A stretch of DNA of 64,000 nt from Candidatus Limnocylindrales bacterium. Its GTDB lineage: Bacteria; Chloroflexota; Limnocylindria; Limnocylindrales; CSP1-4. Both the position numbers and the translations under genes were made by a program. Shown here in pieces: positions 31,156 through 40,847 of the stretch; within the stretch, counting starts at the first letter, position 1; every line of letters starts with the position of its first letter. The notes below the pieces were generated by a model. The model was not told where the DNA came from. It searched no databases and saw only the letters and a program-made list of their open reading frames with translations. The stretch lies in the NCBI GenBank assembly GCA_035248345.1, contig DATFHO010000101.1, forward strand, positions 4,168 to 68,167. Reading direction: 5' to 3'.

Positions 31156-32381
31156 GGCAGCATGTTCCGGACGGCGCTCCGGAGCTTCCCGAACATTCCC
31201 GCCGCCGGCGCGGACTCGTAGCGCTGCGGCTCCCCGTCGTCGAGCATCGTCGCGCCCCACTGGAGGAGCCCGATCGACGTCGCGTAGGCGGGCGTCAGGA
31301 TGGAGTCCGTGAGGCCGCCGACGCCCGACGGGCCGACGACGCGGACCGGCATCTGCAGCACCTCCCGCCCGAGCTCCGCGATCCCCGCGAGCTGCGCGCC
31401 GCCGCCGGTCAGGATCAGGCCCGCGGGGAGCATGCCCGCGCCACCCGCCTGGATCTCGGCGCCGATGAGCTCGAACGTCTCGCGCATGCGCGATTCGATG
31501 ATCCGGCAGAGCTCGATCCTGTTGATCGTGCGGCCGGCTTCCTCGCCCAGGACGGAGACCGCGATCTCCTCGTCCTCGGCGATGTTGCGCAGGTCGCACG
31601 TCCCGTGCCGGACCTTCAGCTCCTCGGCAGTCGGGAGCGAGGTCTTGATCCCGATCGCGATGTCATTGGTCACGAAGTTGCCACCGACCGGCAGCACGCT
31701 GGTCCGGAAGGGCGAGCCCTCGTTGAACATCGCGAGGTCGATCGTGCCGGCGCCGACGTCCGCGACCGCCACGCCGAGCTCGCGCTCGGTCTCGTTGGCG
31801 ACGGCTTCCGCGGCGGCCAGCGCGTTCACGACGAGCTCGTCGATCTTGACGCCCGCCTGGGCCACGCACTTCATGAGGTTCTGGACCGCCGTCTGCGGCG
31901 CGGTGACGATGTGCGCCTCCACCTCGAGGCGGAGCGCGCTCATCCCGAGCGGGTCCTTGACGCCTTCCTGGCCGTCGACGGTGAATCCGCGGCGCTCGAC
32001 GTGGAGCACCTCGCGGTTCGATGGGATCGGGATCGTCCGGGCCTGCTCGACCGCGCGTCGGATGTCGTCGCGCGAGACCTCGCGGGTGTGCGCCGCGACG
32101 GACACCTGGCCCGTCGAGTTGAGGCTCTCCACCTGGGCGCCGCCCACGCCGACGAAGGCCTTGTCGATCTTCCAACCGCTGAGGCGCTCTGCGCGCTCGA
32201 CCGCGTCCCGGATCGATCGAACCGTCTGCTCGATGTTGACGACGGCGCCGCGCTTCAGGCCCGACGACGGCACCGTGCCGTGGCCGATCACCGTGAGCCG
32301 GCCGTCGCGCCCGATCTCCCCGATCAGCGCGCACACCTTGCTCGTCCCGACGTCGAGCGCGACGAGGACTCCTTCGACCAC
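31152..32381 (-). CDS. ftsA: cell division protein FtsA
   Basis: 409-aa ORF of the actin/HSP70 fold (VALDVGTSKVCALIGE..., DVGAGTIDLA, LTGGGAQLAGI). GTG start. Confidence 0.93.
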   Translation of the reverse strand: MVEGVLVALDVGTSKVCALIGEIGRDGRLTVIGHGTVPSSGLKRGAVVNIEQTVRSIRDAVERAERLSGWKIDKAFVGVGGAQVESLNSTGQVSVAAHTREVSRDDIRRAVEQARTIPIPSNREVLHVERRGFTVDGQEGVKDPLGMSALRLEVEAHIVTAPQTAVQNLMKCVAQAGVKIDELVVNALAAAEAVANETERELGVAVADVGAGTIDLAMFNEGSPFRTSVLPVGGNFVTNDIAIGIKTSLPTAEELKVRHGTCDLRNIAEDEEIAVSVLGEEAGRTINRIELCRIIESRMRETFELIGAEIQAGGAGMLPAGLILTGGGAQLAGIAELGREVLQMPVRVVGPSGVGGLTDSILTPAYATSIGLLQWGATMLDDGEPQRYESAPAAGMFGKLRSAVRNMLP

Positions 32382-32391
32382 CAGCCCTACC

Positions 32392-32715
32392 TCAGATGAA
32401 GTGCCGCCGGATGAGGGCGACGTTGTTGAAGATTCGAAGACCGAACGTGATCAGCGCCACCAGGTACAGGTCCAGCCCAAGCCGGTCTCCGATGAACGTC
32501 AGGATCACCGCCACGACCGCGTTGGTGACGAAGCCCGAGATGAAGATCCTGTTGTTGTAGACGCCATCGAGCTCTGCCCGCACCGCCCCGAGGACCGAGT
32601 CGAGCGCGGCGAGGATCGCCACGGCCGAGTACCGGCTGAGCTCGAAGCCGACGTTGACGTTGAGGACGAGCCCGAGCAGGACGCCCACCAGCAGGCCTGC
32701 CAGGGGGAGGAGCAA
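32392..32715 (-). CDS. sbp: small basic membrane protein (Sbp / DUF1290)
   Basis: 107-aa ORF. ...AILAALDSVLGAVRAELDGVYNNRIFISGFVTN...FGLRIFNNVALIRR matches DUF1290. It sits between ftsQ and ftsA, as in Bacillus. Confidence 0.8.
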   Translation of the reverse strand: MLLPLAGLLVGVLLGLVLNVNVGFELSRYSAVAILAALDSVLGAVRAELDGVYNNRIFISGFVTNAVVAVILTFIGDRLGLDLYLVALITFGLRIFNNVALIRRHFI

Positions 32716-32757
32716 CGGAGCCGTCCTCGCTGCGGTGCGTGATCGGCGGAAAGGCTA

Positions 32758-33780
32758 TCACCGTGGGGTGGGCTTCGGAGTTGCACGGGGGATATAGGTG
32801 CCGTCGGTCTCGGAGGCGAGGATGATCCTGGCGACGCTCGCCTCGCGCCCGGCGATGAGGCTGCGCAGGAGCCGGACCTGGCCCGGGATCATGTCGGTCG
32901 AGCGGGTCGCGGGGCTGTAGAACCCGAACACGGCGGTCCACGCGCCCTGCGCGATGAGGACGAACCCATCGCGATCCGTGATCACCACGCGGAGCCGCGG
33001 CGTGTTGCTGCCCACGTCCGCCGGGGTGAGGCTGCCAAGCCGGGTTGCCACGTCCAGGTCGACGGCATCGATGCGGGCGCCGATCGCCAGCGGCGGCTCC
33101 GGCAGCGGGCGTGCGTCCTCGATGACCGCGATCCCGGCGGGCAGCTTCCCGTCCGTCGGGAGCGTGGCGAAGACCACGCCCTCGCGGTCGGCGATGTACC
33201 GCGTGGTCCCGACCTGCCAAGCGAGCACCGGGACGCGCTCCGTGACATGCACCGCGACGACCGAGTTCGGGAGGTTGACATCGATCGATGCATCCGCGAC
33301 GGCCGGGAGCGACTTCAGCGCCGCGACGAGCGGTGCGGTGTCCAGCCGGAAGACGTTGCCGCCGCTCGGGAGCGCCAGCGCGTCGGTCATCGCCTGCTGC
33401 GACGTCCAGATGAGCTTCGGCAGCTCCGTCCTGCTGAGCCCGAATGCCGCGGGTCCCGTGACGAAGCTCAGTGCGAAGCCGCACGCGAGCATGCCCAGCA
33501 GGCCCGCGGCCCGCGCCGGCCGGATCAGGCGCCCGAAGCGGAACCGGGGCCCCGAGGTCCCGCGGGAGCGCGTTCGCGAGCCGCCACGGGACGGCCCGAC
33601 GAGCCCGCGCATCGCGCGGCCGAGCTCCGCGTCGGCAGCTCGACGCGGGACCGGCGACGACGTCGACTTCATCGGCCGGGCGCCGCTGGCGCGCCTGCCG
33701 CCGCCTCCCGCGCCGCGCGCGTTTCCGCGCCCGCTCGAGCTGCCAGCGGCGCCGCGATCGCGCTTGCCGAAGCCCCTCAC
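32758..33780 (-). CDS. ftsQ: cell division protein FtsQ/DivIB (POTRA)
   Basis: ORF 32758..33861. GTG 33780 gives a GTGA overlap with the ddl stop. The product has a basic cytoplasmic tail, one TM segment (LLGMLACGFALSFV) and a POTRA-like region (VHVTERVPVLAWQ). Confidence 0.8.
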   Translation of the reverse strand: MRGFGKRDRGAAGSSSGRGNARGAGGGGRRASGARPMKSTSSPVPRRAADAELGRAMRGLVGPSRGGSRTRSRGTSGPRFRFGRLIRPARAAGLLGMLACGFALSFVTGPAAFGLSRTELPKLIWTSQQAMTDALALPSGGNVFRLDTAPLVAALKSLPAVADASIDVNLPNSVVAVHVTERVPVLAWQVGTTRYIADREGVVFATLPTDGKLPAGIAVIEDARPLPEPPLAIGARIDAVDLDVATRLGSLTPADVGSNTPRLRVVITDRDGFVLIAQGAWTAVFGFYSPATRSTDMIPGQVRLLRSLIAGREASVARIILASETDGTYIPRATPKPTPR

Positions 33781-34898
33781 CGCGGCAGGTCGGCCGTCGT
33801 GAGCGTGCGACGGGCGCGGCGAGCATGCCGCTCCAGCGCGAGGTCGAGGATCCGCAGGCACACGTCGGTGAAGGTGAGCCCTGCCTCCGACGGCATCGTC
33901 GGGAACAGGCTGATCGGCGTGAACCCCGGGATGGTGTTGATCTCCGAGAGGTAGATCTCGTCCCCGCGGACGAGGAAGTCGACGCGGGCAAATCCCTCGG
34001 TGCCGAGGGCGCGATAGGCGTCGCGCGCGAGCTTCTTCATGAGCTCGCGGGTCGCGTCGGACACCTCGGCGCGGGTCGACGTCTCCGACAGGCCCGGGAC
34101 GTACTTCGCCTGGTAGTCGTAGAACTCGTGTCCGGCGACGATCTCGCCCGGCCCGTACACGCCGAGCGGCACCTCGTTGCCGATGACCGAGACCTCGAGG
34201 TCGCGCGCACCGGCGAGATATCGCTCCACGACGGCGAGGTCGTCATACCGGAACGCCTGGTCCAGCGCCCCGGCGCGCTCCCCCGCCGTGTGCGCGAGCG
34301 TCATCCCCACCGACGATCCGAGGCGGGCCGGCTTCACCATTAGCCGCGGATCCGCGCCGGACGAGCCGTTCGCGAACGCGTCGAGCTGGCCAAGCACGAG
34401 GTCGCGGTTCGACTGCCAGGTCGCGACGCGGATCTCGAGCCAATCGATGACCGGGAGGCCCTGGCCGCGCCAGATCCGCTTCTGGGCGACCTTGTCCATG
34501 CCCAGGGCGGAGGCTTCCACGCCGGCGCCGGTGTACGCGAGGCCGGCGGCCTCGAGCAGCGCCTGGACTGTCCCGTCCTCACCGAACGGCCCGTGCAGCG
34601 CGATGAGGACCAGCGGCTGGGGATCCTGGGCCGCCAGGCGGTCGATCGCCGCGCCGACACGGAGCGGGCCCTCGGCGCCGACCGCGCGTGGATCGTCGTA
34701 GGTCGTTTGCGGGCGGCCGCCGCGTCGATGGTCCGCCGGGAGCCACCACCACGCGCCGCCGAGGTCGATCAGCACCTCGCGAACGTCGAGGCCCGCCTCA
34801 CGGAGCGCCTCCGCGATGGCCGTTCCGGAGACGATGGAGACGTCGTGCTCGGCCGACGGTCCGCCGAGCAGCACGACGACGGGCGGGTACTCGCTCAC
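33777..34898 (-). CDS. ddl: D-alanine--D-alanine ligase
   Basis: This is the real part of ORF 33777..35864 and starts VSEYPPVVVLLGGPSAEHDVSIVSG. ...ARVDFLV..EIYLSEINTIPGFT is the ATP-grasp region. GTGA overlap with murB. Confidence 0.9.
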   Translation of the reverse strand: MSEYPPVVVLLGGPSAEHDVSIVSGTAIAEALREAGLDVREVLIDLGGAWWWLPADHRRGGRPQTTYDDPRAVGAEGPLRVGAAIDRLAAQDPQPLVLIALHGPFGEDGTVQALLEAAGLAYTGAGVEASALGMDKVAQKRIWRGQGLPVIDWLEIRVATWQSNRDLVLGQLDAFANGSSGADPRLMVKPARLGSSVGMTLAHTAGERAGALDQAFRYDDLAVVERYLAGARDLEVSVIGNEVPLGVYGPGEIVAGHEFYDYQAKYVPGLSETSTRAEVSDATRELMKKLARDAYRALGTEGFARVDFLVRGDEIYLSEINTIPGFTPISLFPTMPSEAGLTFTDVCLRILDLALERHARRARRTLTTADLPR

Positions 34899-35857
34899 TG
34901 CCACGGCCAGCCCTCCCAGTCGCCGAGGAACACCACTTCCGGGACGAGGTCCGTGCCGGTTGCCCGGTGCACCTCGTCGTGTACATGGTCGATCACCCGC
35001 CGCACGTCCGCGGCCGTCCCCTTCCGGTCGTTGATGACGAAGTTGGCGTGCTTCTCCGAGACGCTCGCGCCGCCGATCCGGAAGCCCTTCAGCCCGGCGC
35101 CGTCGATGAGCGCCCCGGCGCTCGGCCCCGCCGCGGGGTTCCGGAACGTGCTGCCCGCCGAGGGCAGGCCCAGCGGCTGGTGCGCCTGGCGCCAGCGCCG
35201 GATGTCGTCGAGCCGCCCCTTGATCACGTCCGGCTCCGCCGCATCGAGGCGGAAGCGGGCACCGAGCACGATCTCTGTGGCAGCGTCGGCGGCCGGGTGC
35301 TTGAACCGGCTCTCCCGATAGCCGAGGCCGAGCTCGGCCGCCGGGACGCGCGCCTCCGTGCCGTCGGCGAGCAGGACGTCCGCCGACTCGAGGATCGCGG
35401 CGACGTCGGATCCGTGTGCCCCCGCGTTCGCCCAGACCGCGCCGCCAACCGCACCGGGGATCGCCAGCCCGAATTCGAGGCCGGTCAGGCCCGCCTTCTG
35501 CGTCTCCGTCGCCGCCCGGGCCATCGGCACGCCCGCTTCCGCGATGTACGTCGTGCCCTCCACCCGGCTGCCTTCCGCGCGCATGTGGACCACGAGGCCG
35601 CGGATGCCGCGATCGGAGATCACGACGTTGCTGCCCCGGCCGAGCACCGTGAGCGGAAGCTGGCGCGAGCGCGCGAAGCGGATCAGCGCACGGAGCTCGA
35701 ACGCGTTGTGCGCGGTCACGAGGAGATCCGCCGGCCCACCGAGGCGCATCGTCGTCAGCTTCCCGAGCGGCATCCCGCGCTCCGCCTTCACGCCGATCCG
35801 GCGGGCGATGTCCGTCGCCAGCGCCGCGAGGTCCAGGGGCGCCGCGGCCGCGCTCAC
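34895..35857 (-). CDS. murB: UDP-N-acetylenolpyruvoylglucosamine reductase
   Basis: This is the C-terminal 320 aa of ORF 34895..36748, with LTTMRLGGPADLLV, VLGRGSNVVISD and PSAGSTFRNP. GTGA overlap with the murG stop. Confidence 0.9.
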   Translation of the reverse strand: MSAAAAPLDLAALATDIARRIGVKAERGMPLGKLTTMRLGGPADLLVTAHNAFELRALIRFARSRQLPLTVLGRGSNVVISDRGIRGLVVHMRAEGSRVEGTTYIAEAGVPMARAATETQKAGLTGLEFGLAIPGAVGGAVWANAGAHGSDVAAILESADVLLADGTEARVPAAELGLGYRESRFKHPAADAATEIVLGARFRLDAAEPDVIKGRLDDIRRWRQAHQPLGLPSAGSTFRNPAAGPSAGALIDGAGLKGFRIGGASVSEKHANFVINDRKGTAADVRRVIDHVHDEVHRATGTDLVPEVVFLGDWEGWPWQ

Positions 35858-37005
35858 GCCGCACCCCCGGCTGCGAGCCGCGTCACCGTCGCCTGGTCCG
35901 GCAGCGGCCGGCGCTCGGCAAGCGCCACGAGGATCTCCGCGACCGCATCGGCGGCGCCAGGCCGGCCCAGGGAGCGCGCCGCCGCGGACATCGCCAGGTG
36001 GCGGGCCGGGTCGTCGAGGATGGACACCGCATCGAGCAGCGCGCTCGCGTCGAAGGCTTCGTCCGCGATGACCTCCGCCGCGCCCGCGTTCACGAGCGCG
36101 AGCGCGTTCGCGGACTGGTGCGCGCCGGCGTGCGGGTACGGCACGACGATGATCGGCAGCCCGAACGCCGTGGCCTCCGCGAGAGTGGACGATCCCGCCC
36201 GCCCGACCACCAGGTCCGCGGCCGCCATCGCGGCGAGCAGGTCCTCGCCGAGGAACGCCGCGGGTCGGTAGCGGGAGCGCACGTCCTCCGGGAGTGCGGC
36301 TCGTGCGGCTGACGCCGTCGGCATCCCGTCCTCCCCGGCCACGTGGATCACGGTGGCCCGCGCGACGAGCGTCGGAAGCGCGGACGCTACGGCGTCGTTC
36401 ATGCGCCGCACGGCCTGGGAGCCGCCGAAGATCACGACGAGGCGCTCCCCTGCCCCGATGCCGAGCTGCTCGCGGGCCGCCAGCCTGTCGATCGAGGCGA
36501 TATCGCGGATCGGCGTCCCGGTCACGAAGCAGCCCTCGCCTGCGGCGAGCGCGGCGCAGGTCTCGTCGAAGGACACGGCAATCGCGCGGGCGAGCCGAGC
36601 CGTGGCGCGGACGCTGCGACCGGGCACCACGTTGCCTTCCCACAGCAGCGCTGGGATCCCGAGGACGCGCGCAGCGAGGAGGACCGGGATCGCGACATAG
36701 CCGCCGGTCGTGAAGACGGCGGCAGGGCGGCGGCGCAGAAGCCACCACGCCGCCTGCAGGATCGAGAGCACGAGCCGGATCGGATCGAGGACGAGGTGGA
36801 TGTCCCGCTGGACGGTGCGGAGCGAGCGCAGGAGCAGCCGTCGGAACGGGATGCCCGCCACGGGGACGAGGCGATCCTCGAGGCCCCGTCGGCCGCCGAC
36901 CCAGGCGAGGTCAGCCGCGCCGGGCCGGCGACGGAGTGCGCTCGCGACGGCCAGCGCCGGGTAGATGTGACCCCCGGTGCCCCCCGCCGCGATCAGCAGC
37001 CTCAT
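35854..37005 (-). CDS. murG: undecaprenyldiphospho-muramoylpentapeptide beta-N-acetylglucosaminyltransferase
   Basis: The canonical N-terminus MRLLIAAGGTGGHIYPALAVA begins at ATG 37005. That start lies 95 nt inside the ftsW ORF. Confidence 0.9.
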   Translation of the reverse strand: MRLLIAAGGTGGHIYPALAVASALRRRPGAADLAWVGGRRGLEDRLVPVAGIPFRRLLLRSLRTVQRDIHLVLDPIRLVLSILQAAWWLLRRRPAAVFTTGGYVAIPVLLAARVLGIPALLWEGNVVPGRSVRATARLARAIAVSFDETCAALAAGEGCFVTGTPIRDIASIDRLAAREQLGIGAGERLVVIFGGSQAVRRMNDAVASALPTLVARATVIHVAGEDGMPTASAARAALPEDVRSRYRPAAFLGEDLLAAMAAADLVVGRAGSSTLAEATAFGLPIIVVPYPHAGAHQSANALALVNAGAAEVIADEAFDASALLDAVSILDDPARHLAMSAAARSLGRPGAADAVAEILVALAERRPLPDQATVTRLAAGGAA

Positions 37006-38302
37006 CGGTCCTCCCTGCTTCGGGCGTGGCGTTGCGACGTTGCTGCTCCACCGTCTCACGCGAGATGGACAGCAGGATCCCCGCGGCGGCGAAGCTCACC
37101 AGCAGCGACGAGCCGCCGGCGCTGATGAACGGCAGCGTGATGCCCGTCACGGGCAGCAGCGCGACCACGACCGCGATGTTGATGAACGCCTGATAGCACA
37201 GCCAGGCGGTGATGCCCGCTGCAAGCAGCGCGCCGAACGTATCGGGCGCGCGGAGCGCAGTCCGGATGCCCGCGTACGCGAGCAGCACGAAGAGCAGGAT
37301 CACGAGCCCTGCCCCCACGAACCCGAACTCCTCGCCGACGATCGCGAAGATGAAGTCGTTCCAGGCGTTCGGCAGATACATGCCCGCCGCGAGCTTGCTC
37401 TCGCCGAGGCCCGCGCCGGTCACGCCGCCGAGCCCGAGGGCCAGCAGGCCCTGGATGGTGTGGAAGCCACTCCCCTGCGGATCCGCCCACGGGTTGAGGA
37501 ACGTCTGGATGCGCTCCAGCTGGTAGTCCTTGATCAGGCCGATGCCGAGCACGCTCAGCGCGCCGACGCCGGCGATCCCGCCACCGACCAGCGCACCGAG
37601 CTGGAGCAGGCTCGCCCCGGCGACGAAGAACACGGTGAACGCCGTCAGCGTGATGACGATCGTGGTGCCGAGGTCCGGCTCCTTGAACACGAGCGCGATC
37701 ACCGGGCCGGCGATGAGCAGGAACGGGACCATGCCCTGCCGGAACTTTCCGACGAGCGGGCCCTTGTTCGCAAGCCAGTGGGCGAGGTAGACGATCAGCG
37801 CCAGCTTCGCGATCTCGGCCGGGTGCACGGCCGGCAGCGGGCCGATGACGAGCCAGCGGGCCGAGCCGCCGACGACGCGCCCCAGCGAGGGCACGAACAC
37901 CAGCACGAGCAGCACCAGCGCGACGATGTAGCCCGGCACCGACACGAGGCGGAGCCAGCGGTAGTCGAGGCGCATCACGAACAGCATCGTCACGATGCCG
38001 AGCGCGCCCCAGAAGATCTGCGGCCCGACGATCGCCAGCGTGTCGTCGCGCGAGGCGTACGCGAACATCGCGGACGACGAGAAGACCATCAGGATGCCGA
38101 TGGCGGAGAGCGCGACGACGGCGAGCAGGATCGAGTAGTCCGGCTGGTGGCGGTCGCGCTGCAGGACGTCGGTCGCGGCACGCACGGGTTGGCGTGCGGG
38201 CGCGGAGACCGCGCGCCGGGTGCCGTCGCGGCGGCGCGTGTCGCGCGCGCCCGCTCGACGCCCGAGGAGGCCGCCAACGGGGAGCGGGAGCCGAATATCC
38301 AT
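36911..38302 (-). CDS. ftsW: peptidoglycan glycosyltransferase FtsW (SEDS family)
   Basis: 463-aa polytopic ORF with SEDS motifs (...PAEIAKLALIVYLA..., LPNAWNDFIFAIVGEEFGF, TGITLPFISAGGSS). Confidence 0.9.
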   Translation of the reverse strand: MDIRLPLPVGGLLGRRAGARDTRRRDGTRRAVSAPARQPVRAATDVLQRDRHQPDYSILLAVVALSAIGILMVFSSSAMFAYASRDDTLAIVGPQIFWGALGIVTMLFVMRLDYRWLRLVSVPGYIVALVLLVLVFVPSLGRVVGGSARWLVIGPLPAVHPAEIAKLALIVYLAHWLANKGPLVGKFRQGMVPFLLIAGPVIALVFKEPDLGTTIVITLTAFTVFFVAGASLLQLGALVGGGIAGVGALSVLGIGLIKDYQLERIQTFLNPWADPQGSGFHTIQGLLALGLGGVTGAGLGESKLAAGMYLPNAWNDFIFAIVGEEFGFVGAGLVILLFVLLAYAGIRTALRAPDTFGALLAAGITAWLCYQAFINIAVVVALLPVTGITLPFISAGGSSLLVSFAAAGILLSISRETVEQQRRNATPEAGRTDEAADRGGGHRGSHLPGAGRRERTPSPARRG

Positions 38303-39852
38303 CAGGCGCGCTCCTCTGCCAGTTGGTGGACCGCGGCCTTGAAGGCGCGGCCCCGGGCTTCGTAGTTGGCGAACATGTCGAAGCTGGCGGCGGCCGGGCT
38401 CAGCAGCACCGTGGCCGGCTGGGCGTTCCGCGCTTCCGATGCCGCGCGGGCCAGGCGGTCTGCGGCCAGCACCGCGTCCTCGAGCGTCCCGGCCTGTTCC
38501 GTCACCGCCAATCCGTTGTTCCGGAACATTGCCTCCAGGGTCGGCCCGCTCTCGCCGATCAGCACCGCCGCCGCTGCGCGCCGGCCCACGACCGAGGCGA
38601 GCTCACGGAGGTCGACGCCCTTGTCGCGGCCGCCCGCGATCAGGACGATCGGACCGTCGAACGCACGGAGCGCGGCGATGACGGCGTCGGGCTGCGTGCC
38701 CTGGGAGTCGTTGATGAAGCGCACGCCGTTGATGTCGGCGACACGCTCGAGCCGATGCTCCACGCCGCGGAACGCGGCTGCCGCGCGGCGAATGACCGTC
38801 GCCGGCACGCCGGCGAGCAGCGCGATCCCGACCGCGGCCATCGCGTTCGACACGTTGTGCGCACCGGGGATCGCCAGCTCGGCGACCGGCAGGACCCGCC
38901 CGCCACCGAATGCGGTCATGCCTTCGCGGACGGCCAGTGCCGGCGGCGTCGCGATGGCGTCGGCAACGATCCAGCCGTGCGCCACGCCGAGCCCGCCGAT
39001 CGGGAGCTCGCTGCGCCGGTACGGCACCGTCCGCGCGGTCGTCGCGGCGCTGTACCCCGCGACGACGGGATCGTCGAGGTTCAGCACGAGCGCGCCCTCG
39101 GGATCGAGCAGCTCGGCGAGGCGCCGCTTGACCCGCTGGTAGGCGGCGAGCGTCCCGTGCCGGTCGAGGTGGTCCGAGGTGACGTTGGTGTACGCCGCGA
39201 GTGTGGTCCCGCGTGACAGCGTCGGCAGCTGGAGCTCCGACAGCTCGACGACGACGAGATGTCGCGGGGTCAGACGCGGCAGCCGTTCGATCAGCGGCAC
39301 GCCCATGTTCCCGCCGAGCACGGCCAGCTCGCCGAGGTGCGCTGCCAGCAGCGCATGCGTCAGCGCGGACGTCGTCGTCTTGCCCTTTGTGCCGGTGATC
39401 CCGATGGTCGGCGCGGGGCAGAGTCGGAGGAACAGGTCCACCTCGGAGATGAACGCGGGCGCGGACAGGTCGCCGCCCGCTCGCCGCGCGAGCATCCCCT
39501 GCAGAGCAGCGCGCAACCGCGGCTCCGTCGTGGGGTAGTCCGGATTGATCGAGGGCGAGCTCGTCACGAGGGCCGCACCGTCGAGCGCCCTCGCCGGGTC
39601 GACGTCCGGCCCGAGCAGCAGCCGAACCGGTCGCCCCTCGAGGGCGTCGATCGCCCGCCCGAGCTCGTCCGCGGGTCGGCCGTCGTACACCGTGACATCG
39701 GCGCCGGCGTCGTGCAGGAATCGCGCCAGCGCGATGCCGGATCGCGCAAAGCCGAGCACGGAGACGTGCCGGCCGCGGAACGGCGCGGACGCCAGCGCGC
39801 CCGGCACGAGGTCGGCAGGATCGATCGTTCGGTCGGCAGTCATGACGGTCAC
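38302..39852 (-). CDS. murD: UDP-N-acetylmuramoylalanine--D-glutamate ligase
   Basis: 516-aa ORF. It has an N-terminal Rossmann region (VSVLGFARSGIALARFL), a Mur ligase P-loop (GITGTKGKTTTSAL), and lies at the usual dcw position between mraY and ftsW. Confidence 0.88.
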   Translation of the reverse strand: MTVMTADRTIDPADLVPGALASAPFRGRHVSVLGFARSGIALARFLHDAGADVTVYDGRPADELGRAIDALEGRPVRLLLGPDVDPARALDGAALVTSSPSINPDYPTTEPRLRAALQGMLARRAGGDLSAPAFISEVDLFLRLCPAPTIGITGTKGKTTTSALTHALLAAHLGELAVLGGNMGVPLIERLPRLTPRHLVVVELSELQLPTLSRGTTLAAYTNVTSDHLDRHGTLAAYQRVKRRLAELLDPEGALVLNLDDPVVAGYSAATTARTVPYRRSELPIGGLGVAHGWIVADAIATPPALAVREGMTAFGGGRVLPVAELAIPGAHNVSNAMAAVGIALLAGVPATVIRRAAAAFRGVEHRLERVADINGVRFINDSQGTQPDAVIAALRAFDGPIVLIAGGRDKGVDLRELASVVGRRAAAAVLIGESGPTLEAMFRNNGLAVTEQAGTLEDAVLAADRLARAASEARNAQPATVLLSPAAASFDMFANYEARGRAFKAAVHQLAEERA

Positions 39853-40847
39853 TGCAGCAGGTCGATCGAGGCGAGGAACAATGTCACGCCGATCAGCCCG
39901 GCGATGATCCCGATGATCCAGAACCGGAGCGTGATCTTCTCCTCGTCCCAGCCGATGATCTGGTAGTGGAGATGGAGCGGGCTCATCCGGAAGATGCGCC
40001 GGCCGTGGGTGCTCTTGAAGTAGCCCACCTGGATGAGCACGGACAGCGTCTCGACGACGAAGACGAGTCCGATGATCGGCAGGATCAGGATCTGGCCGGT
40101 GATCAGCGCCGTGACGGCGAGGGTTGCACCGAAGGCGAGGGATCCGGAGTCACCCATGAACACCTGGGCGGGGTGCACGTTGAACCACAGGAACCCGACC
40201 AGCGCCCCGACGATCAGCGCACACAGCACCGCGAGGTTCGGCTGCACCGGCTGGTTCAGGAGCGCGATGAGGAGGAAGGCGACGAAGGCGAAGACGAGCG
40301 TCCCGCCGGCGAGGCCGTCGAGGCCATCGGTCAGGTTGACGCCGTTGGCCGCGGCGATGATCGCGAAGGCGGCGAACAGGATGTACAGCCAGCGGTCGAT
40401 CGGCACGAAGCCGACGAACGGGACCGCGATGCGGCCGATCGCGTAGGTGTCCTGGATCTGGTAGGCAGCGAACACCGCCACGACGACCAGCCAGAGCATC
40501 TTCTGCCGGGCGCTGATGCCCTCGCCCGTCTTGGCGTTCAGGTAATCGTCGAATGCCCCGAGGAGGCCGACGAGGACCAGCGTCGCGAGCGGCGCGATGA
40601 TGCCGCCCGGCGGCAGCACGAACCCGCTCTGGAAGAAGAACAGGGCGACGATGACGCCGATCAGCAGCAGCCCGCCCATCGTCGGGACGCCGGCCTTGAC
40701 CTGGTGCGTGTCCGGCAGCTCCTCCTGGATTTGCTTGCCCATGCCCAGGTAGTTCAGGAAGCGGATGTAGCCCGGCATCAGGATCACGACGACCGCGAAG
40801 GCGAGCAGAACGGCCTGGATGAGGTTGACGTTCACGTTGCCGGTCAT
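39849..40847 (-). CDS. mraY: phospho-N-acetylmuramoyl-pentapeptide transferase
   Basis: This is the real part of ORF 39849..41081, starting from MTGNVNVNLIQAVLLAF. It carries PTMGG, NLTDGLDGLA and the C-terminal HLHYQ. ATGA overlaps on both sides. Confidence 0.92.
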   Translation of the reverse strand: MTGNVNVNLIQAVLLAFAVVVILMPGYIRFLNYLGMGKQIQEELPDTHQVKAGVPTMGGLLLIGVIVALFFFQSGFVLPPGGIIAPLATLVLVGLLGAFDDYLNAKTGEGISARQKMLWLVVVAVFAAYQIQDTYAIGRIAVPFVGFVPIDRWLYILFAAFAIIAAANGVNLTDGLDGLAGGTLVFAFVAFLLIALLNQPVQPNLAVLCALIVGALVGFLWFNVHPAQVFMGDSGSLAFGATLAVTALITGQILILPIIGLVFVVETLSVLIQVGYFKSTHGRRIFRMSPLHLHYQIIGWDEEKITLRFWIIGIIAGLIGVTLFLASIDLLQ

